Shown here in pieces: positions 38,397-50,425 of a stretch of DNA of 64,000 nt. The notes below the pieces were generated by a model, which was not told the origin of the DNA, searched no databases, and saw nothing but the letters and a program-made list of their open reading frames with translations. The stretch is from Hemiscyllium ocellatum (lineage: Eukaryota). The position numbers and the translations under genes were made by a program. The stretch is taken from NCBI RefSeq assembly GCF_020745735.1, contig NC_083426.1, positions 12,958,001 through 13,022,000 on the forward strand, given 5' to 3'. How positions within the stretch are numbered: position 1 is the first letter of the stretch; each line of letters begins with the position of its first letter.

Positions 38397-39428
38397 TATG
38401 AAGAATCAGGTTAGTTCCTTATAATGTTTTAATCAGGGGAAGTATGGGAAGTTAATGGAGCTAAGATACAGTTCAGCCATGATTCAATTGAATGGCACAG
38501 CAGGTTAGAGGGATTAAATGGCCTATCATGTTCCTCTAAACACATAACCATGATCTGCGTGCCTGCTGAACTTAACCAGCAATGTTCCCTCGAAACTGTC
38601 TGAGCATATGGCTGCAGAGAAATCTCAAAGGGCTGCATTCTACATTGAAAAATGAGAGAGAGCCAATCCCAAGGCAGTTATCCTCACTCCGGTAAAATGC
38701 TGGCCATTTTTTCAAAGCCAGGAGAAAACACAAAAAAGGGCAAGTCCTCTTACATTAGTGACGAATGGATGTGTGAACCACAGATGTTGATGGGCTAAAC
38801 TTATACTCTTATATCCCATGACTGTGATATTCCGACACATACAGCACTGGAACAAGGCAAGTTATTGTACACAACTGGAATTTCTTCCTTACTATTCACT
38901 ATGTCGGGGTAAAATAATACAAAGGTGATCCTTGAAGTTTTTAACAATTCTGTGTGAAGTGTGAAGTGAAAGTGAATAATTCTTTCTGTAGCAATTCATA
39001 CAAAATTATTGCTGTCAAACAGCGTTATTCACGATAATTCACTATTATCATGTAATATCATTAAAACTACTGCTGGTGCGCGTCTGATTTTATGTAATGC
39101 TGATGGCATGTAACAAATAGACTCCTCTTATCAACGTTACATTTTGTTTTGAAGATACTGAGTGTTGACCATTATTTAACACTCAATAATATTGCATGAC
39201 TAGAAGTAGTGCTAATGCCATTCCAGAATATTACAGTTGGAACTGACTGATGTTAACTTCACTCTAGAGTAGTGTGATTGGAACTGACTGATGTTGAAAT
39301 CACTCTCGAATGGTGCAGTTAGGACTGACTGATGTTGAAACTATTCTCGAGTAGTATAATTGCGATTGACTGATGTTAACTTTACACTAGAGTGGTGTAA
39401 TATGAACTGAGTGATGTTACCATTACTG

Positions 39429-39695
39429 TAAAAATCACACAACACCAGGATATAGTCCAAAAGGTTAATTCTAAAGTACAAGCTTTCAGACCACAGCTCC
39501 TTCCTCATTCCCACTGCCCCACTATAAATTGCTATAAATTTTGTGACTTATGATCCTGGTCCACAGCTACCTGATGAAGGAGTAGCGCTCCAAAATCTTC
39601 TACCTCCGAATAACCTGTTGGACTACAACCTGGTATTGTGTGATTTTTAACTTTGTCCACCCCAGTCCAACATTGGCACCTCCACATCATGGCTA
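39429..39695. mobile_element. PLE-derived palindromic element (family C) inserted in the minisatellite
   Basis: aaaaatcacacaacaccagg...cctggtattgtgtgattttt; CUGAUGA at 39571 with G12 mutated; taccattact duplicated at the flanks. Confidence 0.75.
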
Positions 39696-39757
39696 CCATT
39701 ACTCTAGAGTAGTGCAATCAGGACTGAGTGATGTTATCATTCCTCTAGAATGGTGTA

Positions 39758-39918
39758 CAGAGGAACCTCGATTATTTGAATGTCAATCATCCCAATTTCA
39801 GATTATCCAAACAAGATCTCAAGGTCCCGAAGCTTGGGTAAACTGTATTATCCAAACATTCAATTATCCAAACAAAATACTCCCTGCCTAAGTTGTTCCG
39901 ATAATCGAGGTTCCTCTG
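39758..39918. mobile_element. Tc1/mariner-superfamily (pogo/Tigger-like) MITE, 161 bp
   Basis: Perfect 18-bp TIRs cagaggaacctcgattat / ataatcgaggttcctctg and TA target duplication. Confidence 0.9.
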
Positions 39919-42854
39919 TAATTGGGGCAGAGTTAACCACAGTCTAGAACGGTGTAATATGAACTGGATGATGTTAATTTTACTCCAGAATGGGACTGAG
40001 TGATGATAAAAACCACTCTGGATTTCTGCAACTGGGACTAAATTATGTTAACATTACCCTCGGTTATTGCAACTGGAACTGACTGATGTTGAATCCACTT
40101 TGGATTTGCACAATTAGGACTGACTGATGTTTAACGTTATTCATAAATATTTTAACTGGGGCTAAGTAATGTTAACATCATTCTTGATTGCTGAAATTGG
40201 GAATCCCACCAAATATCAGAAAAAGATCATTGGATGGATTCCTGTGACAACAGTGAAATTCCAGTATCAATATTCTTGCCACACCAGCACCATTCCCATT
40301 TGTAAAACTTTATTTTAGACTCGATGACATTGATTTTTCTGATGTAAAGTTTTGCTCAGTTTGTGCTGTAAATCCACATCTGAATGGGGAAAAAAAATGG
40401 ATTAATTGATACTTTGATCATAACAGACATCTGTGAGACAAAATCTTGAACATTCATGAAATATTTGTTTTCCTGAACCATTATTTAAAGAATCATAAGA
40501 ATATGAACTTTGTTAGCGCATTAAGTGACTCAGACAAATAATCTGGGTGCCTTTAAGGAAATGTTAGACAAAGGAATGATGCAAAAAAGGGGATAGAGGC
40601 CTGTGTCAATAAGGTGAAATGCAACTAATCAGAGTGGGATGAGATTCACATGGAGTGAAACTGCCTGTTTTGGTTTCTAAACTCTAAGCAATACTAACAG
40701 ATTCATTGGCAAAATCAAAATTCTAATTCACACATGATTATTTTTTAACATTAAACAATATTTTCCAGATTAGTTTTAAGGTGTAAACCCTGAAAAATGT
40801 AACAAAGTTAAATTTTCTTAACTTATTTAGGGTAGAAAATCAATTTCCCCACAATTCAACATCATATACTGTGCATATACATCTGTGTATTTATATATTT
40901 AAGGCAGTAACCAAGAAGGATTACCTTTGAGTAAGGTTAGTGATTAGTCCTGGCAACAACTGATGAAGATGCCAAAGGCTTGAATTTTGCAACAGTAATG
41001 CTGGCAAATCTGTCAGCTTCCTGCATTGGTACTGCCTAGAAATGTGCAACAATTTTGGAGTCCACACATGCACAGAGTAACACAGAAATCAAGAAATCAT
41101 TGCTAATGATTCTATGCTTCTCCATGAGATGTGCTGTTTATCTGCCCCAGTGTGTAATCTCTCAGTTATCGGCTAAATGAGATGTTGGCCTCTCTGTAAA
41201 AACCTAACTAAGTTACATCTAGTTCTGTGAGAAGTAACTGGGTTTTAAACAAGGGTATTGACATTGTAATTCTTACTAAATACCATCACTGGCCCTTTTA
41301 AAGCCAATTTTAAATTTGTGGAAAGTCAAATTTTCAGTAGACAACAAATGATAGCTTTAAGATTTAAATGTCACTATTATAAAAATCTATCAAAATCCAA
41401 TATTAATAATTTATTTCACTGTCTAAACATTTGAAATAAAAATTAAGTGGTTTAGTGCTTTTAATTTCCTGGGTTTCTATGTGTGAGAATACATCTATAT
41501 GATTGGCTGACCTGACAAAGGGCTTTTGCCCGAAACGTCAATTCTCCTGCTCTTCGGATGCTGCCTGACCTGCTGTGCTTTTCCAGTACCACACTCTCAA
41601 CTCAAATCTCCAGCATCTGCAGTCCTAGTTCGCCATGTCTACTCTGCTTTCTGACACTGCTGTTGTATTCTTGGAGATTCCTTTGACCTGAAGTCATGTT
41701 CAACTTGTCTTTGGGAAAGGGGAAGTCCACAATACAAAGCATGGGAATTTTTTTCTTCATGATTAACCAATGTCCGGTGGCATTACTTTGGGCTAGATTT
41801 AGAATTCAGTGGCAATGTCATTAACACGATGTCGCCATTTGGTATAATTGGAGTGTGTGCCAATATTCAAGAACCCATAGCCTACTGGCAGCTATAAGTC
41901 ACTACTAAATAGAATTTGCTTTTACTTTATTGTCTTGGTCCTTGCTGTCAACAATCCTTCATCCTACTGATATCAATAATTACTGAGCTGAACTTATTTC
42001 AAATCTTACATGTGACTGTAGTATTGCAAAAAATAAACAAGTATAGTTTCAAATACACAATCAGCTAGAGGCTGAGAATGAAGTGAATATTCATAATTTA
42101 TTATCCAGCAGTACTAAGGCTGAACATATTCTTCACCTTTAACTCTGATCATTTTAACAGGATGGATAAACAGGAGAATGATGTGAAATGGTAGAAATAT
42201 GCTATGGGAGATAATAAAGTGTGTGCTATACTGTCAAGTGTTTTGAAGTAATGAAAAATTGTTCCCAGATACATAAACAAAATTAAAGACTGCAACTGTA
42301 CAAATGGAAGTTTGGAGTTCTGTTTGTTTTGTCAATCTTAAAGCAGAACTGTATACAAATTCAAAGGATTTGCTTAGAAATGTCTTCTATAACAATTTAT
42401 GACTTTTGAAGTAAGATGGTTAAACTCAACAGACTTAGTAAGGCATAAACAATTTAGCAGATGTATTTACCGAGGTACTAATAGCACATTAATACATTTT
42501 TTATTTAAATATATAGTAGGTGAGGGATTGCTAACTCACAAATACCTGTTTCTTTACCATATTTATGTGATGACTTTATTACTTGTTGAAATTACTGTAT
42601 TGTTTCTTTATGACATTAAAACTTTACAAACACCTGCTCTGAGTGTGTGCCTTTTAACTTTACCTTCCAAGCAAATTGAGATGTAACAGCGATTCAGATT
42701 ATGCACAGACTCAAAGGCAGGCACTGGATGTGATTGGATCTGTGAAACATGGGCAACAGATGTAACTGAGCAAATATTAGAATATCACCTGATACGACAA
42801 AGTCTGAAACCACTAAAAACATGGCATGACATTTGCAGCAGTACCTTGTGTAAC

Positions 42855-42895
42855 AGATAACCTTGCAAAGGCTTTTGCGCAACCTATTGCAAACA
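42855..42895 (+). promoter_or_regulatory. Candidate promoter motifs of gene 2: perfect C/EBP palindrome TTGCGCAA, GATA (AGATAA)
   Basis: TTGCGCAA at 42875-42882, ~135 nt upstream of the ATG, flanked by two TTGCAAA half-site-like motifs; AGATAA at 42855-42860. Confidence 0.35.
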
Positions 42896-43016
42896 TTTCA
42901 TTATTGCTAAGTCCATGAATTCTGTCCATCAGATAGGAAGGAGATTACAGTTTCTGATTAAAACCAGACCGCGCATAGGGCATTCTGTCCACAGTATTGG
43001 CCAGACCTTTTCAATC

Positions 43017-43065
43017 ATGAAAATAATTGAATCTATTGTCATCCTAATTGCAGTTTCATTATCAG
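43017..43065 (+). CDS. Gene 2 (CD300/pIgR-like paralog) exon 1, signal peptide MKIIESIVILIAVSLS
   Basis: A at -3, hydrophobic leader, donor tcag|GTAAGC with the same ...atcag|gtaag ending as the gene 1 leader; phase 1. Confidence 0.8.
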
Positions 43066-44834
43066 GTAAGCAAACAAATAGACTGAATCCAAATTGGAAA
43101 TGTTACTTTATTAAATTCCTGTATTAAATGCTATTTGGATTTGACAGAGCATGTAATGTGTTATTGCCTGTAGCTAAATAGTGCTGTGTGCATAAAACTT
43201 GATGTTTATTTCTATAAAGTTTGATTTTCACAATACAGGAAGATATTCAGTACATATTCAGTAGATGGGAGAATATCATGCATATTAACAATTTGTTGTA
43301 GAAATGACAATAATATTGGAACATTAGTGATTAAGATGTAATGAGAGTTCTCACTCCAGAATTTGGTTCAGAATCCAGAATCTGGTTTCCAGCATCTGCA
43401 GTCATTGTTTTTACCCCAGAGTTCTCACTCAGGCTATTGCATTAATAATTTGTTAAAATAACTTTGAGAATGTGGTCAGCATTTGCCAATTGCAATTCAT
43501 TTCACAGAATTGTCACAGTGCAGATGGGGGCTTTTTTCTGGCTTTCTCGCCAAGGATGTCTGTGCCTTTTATCTGTCAGCTTTATTCAGCATGTCACTTA
43601 GTTTTTCTGTGAAAAGTCTAATTAATGTGGTCATTATAAACTTTCTAAATCACCTACTGTTAAATCAAAAAGTCTTCTCATCTAATTTTTTTAATGGTCT
43701 CTGCTTTCAAAGATTCTGCTGGTCCTTCCCGTTTCAGGAGGGATTGTAGGGGTTTTGAACGCAGCGCTTGATATGGTTCCATGGTATTTGACTGCTACGG
43801 GAGCAGGAAAATTTGGAATTTGGGTCAGGTCTTGTTGCTCCAGCTTTTGCCACATGAGTGGAAAGCTCTGAGGGTCATCGGACCCGAAACATTAACTCTG
43901 ATTTGTCTTCACAGATGTTGCTAGACCCGCTGAGCTTTTCCAGCAATCTCTGTTTTTGTTTGAGAGGAACATTGAAGTTTGTCAGGAGGGGCAGAGCATT
44001 GAGCAGATCCCATACCCGACCCTTCAAAGTGGGCTGTCTCAGACGAAGATGTGACTGGTAACATGAACACACCTTTTCCATTATTTTCCAAGCCCATGAC
44101 CTCCACCATTTTGGAGGACAAGACAGCAAAAGCAGGGGAACACCACTACCTGTACGTTCTTCTCCTAGTCACACATTATTCTGACTTGGAGCAGTGTTGC
44201 TGTTGCTTCAATGCTTCTAGGTCAAAATCCTGGACATTCCTTCCTAACCGCTCTGCATGTGTACCCCTGTGAACTGAGGCAGTTCAGGATGGCAGCTCAC
44301 CACCACTGTCTCAGTAGCAATTAGGGATGGGTAAGCAATGTGCTCCAGCAAGCTATATCTGCATCCCATCAAAGAATAATATAAAGAACCGCCTATCGAT
44401 GCTGCAACGTGTTATTTGAAGCAGAGCTGTTTTTCTGGAAGGTAGGGAAGAGAGTCATCTGTTGGGTAAAGCTGCTGCAAGGAAAAGTGGGAAAGGAGGC
44501 TACTCCTCAGATTTTACCTCCTGGGCCCAGGAATGTACTCTGCAGTTCAACAACAATGTCACAGTTTCCAGCCTTTCCTCCAATAAGATACCTCAACTGG
44601 GTTGATAGAGACACAGTACCCAACTGTTCTGTGTAGTGTTGCTGGCCCAGGGAATTCCAATGGTATCAAAGATATCACTAACAGGCTTTTGTTACAGTAG
44701 AGGAAAGAAACTGTATGTTTTCAGCCCCAGTGATCTGGTACACAAATGATCACTGATAAATACGCAAGCATTTAGCAAATGCCAATTAGCAATTTGATTT
44801 TAAATTGACTATATGCTTTAATAAAGTTCAAAAG

Positions 44835-45022
44835 TGTGATGCTGGAAAAGCACAGCCAGTCAGGCAGCATCCGAGGATCAAGAGAGTCAACATTTCGAGC
44901 TCTTCAACAGGAAACTTGAAATGTCAAGTCTCCTGTTCCTCGGATGTTGCTTGACCAGCTGTGATTTTCCAGCACCACACTTACTGACTCTGATCTCCAG
45001 TATCTGCAGTCTTCACTTTCTC
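44835..45022. mobile_element. Palindromic PLE-derived repeat (degenerate)
   Basis: gtgtgatgctggaaaagcacagcc ... gctgtgattttccagcaccacac inverted arms. Confidence 0.7.
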
Positions 45023-47558
45023 AGATATACTTTAATAGCACAAACAGAAACTATTACAGCCAACTTCCACACAAAAAAAAATTGTACTAGAAAGGAGCCA
45101 TTGTCCACAAAGGGCAATAGACATCTCTTTCCATTGGAGAGAAAAAAATTGGTTTTGCATGGTTAGGGTTGAGGAGACTGAAGGAATACATAATTAAGAT
45201 GTATAAAATTATTAGTGGCATTGATGTGGTGGACAGGAAGGAAATTTTCCTCTTGGCAGAAGGACCAATGACCTGGGGCATACATTTAAGGCATGGAGCA
45301 GGAGGTTCAAAGGGAATGTGAGGACTTTTTTTTCACCTAGAGGGTAGTGGGAAGTGAGAACTCACAGCCTGTAAAGGTAGTGGAAACAAAACCCTCATAT
45401 CATTTAAGAAGTATTTAGATCTGCACTTGTGATGCCAAGGCATACAAAACGATGAGCTAAATAGAATAAGAATAGTTTATGGCTTGTGCAGACCCAATGA
45501 GTTGAAGCAAATTCAGGAATTGCTGAAAAAACTCAGCAGGTTTGGCAGCATCTGTAGAGAGAAATCAGAGTCAATATTTCGGTTTTGGTGACACTTCTTC
45601 AGAATTGGAGTGGTTCTAAAGAAGGGTTACCGGACTTAAAAGGTTGACTCTGCTTTCTCTCCATAGATGCTGCCAGACTTGCTGAGGTTTTCCAGCAAGT
45701 TCTGATTTTTTTTCTCTCACTTTCAGCATCCACTGTTCTTTGGTGGGTTTCTTATTCGATGGGCTGAAAGGTCTTTTTCTGTACTGTAAATCTCTATGAC
45801 TCTACAAAGTCTTGAACTGCCACAGTCATTACAAGGATTGACAATGTACTGGACTGCATTCTGTTTGCATGGCCTACTGAGCTAACCTTCATCCCCACCC
45901 ATTGAAAACTAGAACTGAAGCTTCCACATGTACTACAACAACCTGCAGGGAAGAGAGCAGGACTCCATTCTGATGATATCTTTGACAGTACATTTTATTA
46001 AATTTGGCAACATCATAAATTTTGGATTCATCACCCAACTGTAGGTGCCTCGAGAAATTTTCCTTCGGTCTGGCAAACCTCATAGTGATGATCCTCCTAC
46101 AGTCATGAGGCATAGGAAATTCAAGTCATTGTCAATGTATGGCCATTTGTCTGAGACAAGGTGGTACTTGACCTGTTGTTTCCATAACTCTTCTTGTAAC
46201 TGTTGTGGTGTAAAGAGGGATTATCAAACTAACTTAGTGAGCTGTTAGAGAACAAGCTTCAAATAATGCCTATGTTAGTGGTGGAAAATATTGAACCCAA
46301 TGTTAGGGAACGGCAAAGTCATGATAATCCCATGAGGCTGCTTTCACATCAGAGAGAGACAACTCGTGGTGGGTTAACTTGAAGGTCCCCATGCCTCAGA
46401 CAAGGGGAGAGGTTGAAGAAGGATTGTCCTTCATGATAACCTGAACCAGTGACAGGTACTGAACCCACACTGTCTGAAGTACGCTGCACTGAAAACCAAC
46501 TATCCAGCCAATTGATCTAACTGAACCATGCACTAAGCAAGTTATCCCTTCCGTAGTATGGAGATTTCAAGACTAGGAAAGAGGGGAAAGATTTTAAAAA
46601 GACATGAGAGGCAATTTGTTTTTTACACTGAGGGTATATTGCACGTGGAATGAACTTCCTGAGGAAGTGGTGGATGTGGGTACAATTACAACATTTAAAG
46701 ACATTTGGATAAATGTTTGAAAAGGAAAGTTTGGAGGAATATAGGCCATGAGCAGACAGGTGGGATTAGTTTATGGACTGGTTGAACCAAAGGGTCTGTT
46801 TCTGTGCTGTATGACTCTATGACTCAAGGTCTCCATAATGTCAAACTTGTTGTGTTACATACCCTTTGAGCAACTAATGACAATTCCATCAGTTTCCTAT
46901 CAATCTGTAGAGTGTACAGAGGTCTTGAGGAGGTTAACAAGTGAACTACTTGTGCAATATACTCAGCCTTTGTCCTGCATTGGCGGCCACTCTGTCAAAA
47001 TGGATTGTAAAACTCCATTCTAATCAGTTGGATCACACATAGCTGAGTTTGTCAATAAATATGTAAGTTAGCTCACTGAGCTTGAATGTTTGTTTTCAGA
47101 TGGGGATGGGTATATGAATAGGAAGGGTTTGGAGGGATATGGGCCGGGTGCTGGCAGGTGGGACTAGATTGGGTTGGGATATCTGGTCGGCATGGACAGG
47201 TTGGACTGTTTCCATGCTGTACATCTCTATGACTATGATATGTTGCGTCACCATACTAGGTAACATCATCAGTGAGAGTCTCTGGTGAAGCACTGGTGGT
47301 ATGTCCTGCCTCTCTATTTATAGGTCTTGGTTTCTTAATGTCATTTCCAGTTCTCATTTTAAAGGGAATGTAGATAGGGTTAAAATTTACGTGTTTATTG
47401 ATGGAGTTCTGGTTAGAATGCCATGCTTCTAAGAATTCACATGCATGTCAGCATCCATCTTAAGAAACCAAGACCTATAAACAGAGAGGCGGGACATATC
47501 ACCAGCGCTTCACTGGACGCTCATAGAGTGCAGGAAATCCTCAAGGATGAAGGTGAAG

Positions 47559-49515
47559 ACCATAAGACATAGGAGTGAAAGTAAGGCCATTCGGCCCATC
47601 GAGTCCACTCCACCATTCAATCATGGCTGATGGGCATTTCAACTCCACTTACCCGCATTCTCCCCGCAGCCCTTAATTCCTTGTGACATCAAGAATTTAT
47701 CAATCTCTGCCTTGAAGACATTTAGCGTCCTGGCCTCCACTTCACTCTGCGGCAATGAATTCCACAGGTCCACTACTCTCTGGCTGAAGAAATGTCTCCG
47801 CATTTCTGTTCTGGAATTGACCCCCTCTAATTCTAAGGCTGTGTCCATGGGTCCTAGTCTCCTCGCCTAATGGAAACAATTTCCTAACATCCTCCCTTTC
47901 CAGGCCATGTATTATCTTGTAAGTTTCTATTAGATCTCCCCTTAATCTTCTAAACTCCAATGAATACAATCCCAGGATCCTCAGCCATTCCTCGTATGTT
48001 AGACCTACCATTCCAGGAATCACCTGTGTGAATCTCCGCTGGACACGCTCCAGTGCCAATATGTCTTTCCTGAGGTGTGGGGACCAAAACTGGACACAGT
48101 ACTCCAAATGGGGCCTAATCAGAGCTTTATAAAGTCTCAGTAGCACAACGGTGCTTTTATATTCCAACCCTCTTGAGATAAATGACAACATTGCATTCGC
48201 TTTCTTAATCACGGACTCAACTTGCATGTTTACCTTTAGAGAATTCTCGACTAGCACTCCCAGATCCCTTTGTACTTTGGCTTTACGAATTTTCTCACCA
48301 TTTAGAAAGTAGTCTACGCTTTTATTCTTTTTGCCAAAGTGCAAGATCTCGCATTTGCTCACATGGAATTCCATCAGCCATTTCCTGGACCACTCTCCCA
48401 AACTGTCTAGATCCTTCTGCAGTCTCCCCACTTCCTCAGTACTACCTGCCTGTCCACCTAATTTTGTATCATCGGCAAACTTCGTTAGAATGCCCCAGTC
48501 CCTTCATCCAGATCATTAATATATAACGTGAACAGCTGCGGCCCCAACACTGAACCTGTGGGACACCGCTTGTCACCGGCTGCCATTCCGAAAAAGAACC
48601 TTTTATCCCAACTCTCTGCCTTTTGTCAGACAGCCAATCCTCAATCCATACCAGTAGCTCACCTCGAACACCATGGGCCCTCACCTTGCTCAGCAGCCTC
48701 CCGTGTGGCACCTTATCAAAGGCCTTTTGGAAGTCTAGATAGACCACATGCACTGGGTTTCCCTGGTCTAACCTACTTGTCATCTCTTCAAAGAATTCCA
48801 ACAGGTTTGTCAGGCACAACCTCCCCTTACTAAATCCATGTTGACTTGTTCTAATCCAACCCTGCTCTTCCAAGAATTTAGAAACCTCATCCTTAATGAT
48901 GGATTCTAGAATTTTACCAACAACCGAGGTTCGGCTAATTGGCCTATAATTTTCCATCTTATGTCTCGATCCATTCTTGAACAAGGGGGTTACAACAGCA
49001 ATCTTCCAATCATCCGGGACTTTCCCTGATTCCAGTGACTTTTGAAAGATCTCAACCAACGCCTAAGCTATTTCCTCAGCCACCTCCCTCAGAATTCTAG
49101 GATGTAGCCCATTGGGGCCAGAAAATTTATCAATTTTAAGACCTATTAGCTTTTCTAGCACTTTCTCTTTTGTAATGGCAACCATAATCAACTCAGCCCC
49201 CTGACTCCCTTTAGTTGTTGGGATATTAATCATGTCTTCCACTGTGAAGACTGACACAAAGTACTTGTTAAGTTCTCCTGCTATTTCCTTATCTCCCATT
49301 ACTAGGCTTCCAGCATCAGTTTGAAGTGGCCCGATGTCTACTTTTGCCTGTCGTCTGTTTCTTATGTATTGAAAGAAACGTTTACTATCATTTCTAATAT
49401 TACTGGCTAGCCTACCTTCATATTTGATCCTCTCCTACTTTATTTCTCTCTTTGTTGCCCACTGTTTCTTTTTATAGCCTTCCCAAGCTTCTGATTTCCC
49501 ACTGCTCTTGGCCAC
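47559..49515 (-). mobile_element. CR1/HER1 LINE RT, relatively young, 5'-truncated
   Basis: ORFs 48469-49059 and 47742-48431: PDDWKIAVVTPLFK, DFQKAFDKVPHGRLL, SGVPQ, HLEYCVQFWSPHL. Confidence 0.95.
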
Positions 49516-49534
49516 TTTTTAGCATCTCTCATTT

Positions 49535-50425
49535 TGGTGGCATGTGAGAAGGATGCTAGGAGATTACAGGGTGACCTGGACAGGTTAGGTGAGTGGTCAG
49601 GTACATGGCAGATGCACTTGAATGTGGATAAATGTATGGTTATCCACTTTGGTGGCAAGAACAGGAAGGCAGATTACTACCTCAATGGAATCAATTTAGG
49701 TAAAAGGGGCAGGACAAAGAGATCTGATGTTCTTGTACACCAGTACAATGAAGGTAAGCAGGCAGGTACAGCAGGTAGTGAAGAAGGCTAATAGCATGCT
49801 GGCCTTCATAACAAGAGGGATTGAGTAAAGAAGCAAAGAGGTTCTTCTGCAGCTGTACAGGGCCCTGGTGAGACCACACCTGGTACAGTTCTGGTCTCCA
49901 AATTTGAGGAAAGACATTCTGGCTATTGAGGGAGTGCAGCGTAGGTTCACGAGGTCAATTCCTGGAATGGCGGGACTACCTTACACTGAAAGACTGGAGT
50001 GACTGGGCTTGTATACCCTTGAGTTTAGAAGACTGAGGGGGGATCTGATTGAGATGTATAAGATTATGAAAGGATTGGACACTCTGGAGAAGGAAACATG
50101 TTTCGCTGATGGGTGAGTGCCGAACCAGAGGACACAGCTTAAAAATACGGGGTAGACCATTTAGGACAGAGATGAGGAGAAACTTCTTCACTCAGAGAGT
50201 GGTGGCTGTGTGGAATGCTCTGCCCCAGAGGGCAATGGAGGCCCAGTCTCTGGATTCATTTAAGAAAGAGTTGGATAGAGCTCTCAAGGATAGTGAAATC
50301 AAGGGTTATGGAGATAAGGCAGGAACAGGATACTGATCAGCTAAGGATGATCAGCTAAGATCATATTGAATGGCGGTGCAGGCTCGAAGGGCAGAATGGC
50401 CTACTCCTGCACCTATTGTCTATTG
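49535..50425 (+). mobile_element. CR1/HER1 LINE 3' fragment, head-to-head with the preceding copy
   Basis: RLQGDLDRLGEW...WQMHLNVDKC, RTRGHSLKIRGRPF, ctattgtctattg tail. Confidence 0.9.

Larger units (their letters stand above)
39150..40200. repeat. Degenerate 41-bp minisatellite with two nested TEs
   Basis: Units start at 39239, 39280, 39321, 39362, 39403 (consensus ~ggaactgactgatgttaacttcactctagagtagtgtgatt) and resume after the insertions. Confidence 0.85.

Noticed and set aside
39239-39430. Regularly spaced repeats resembling a CRISPR array
   Set aside because: Whole 41-bp units are homologous (no unique spacers), the context is eukaryotic, and there are no cas genes; it is a minisatellite.
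47742-49059. RT ORFs as host genes
   Set aside because: Frameshifted CR1 ORF2 fragments lacking ORF1 and the endonuclease N-terminus; not intact or domesticated.
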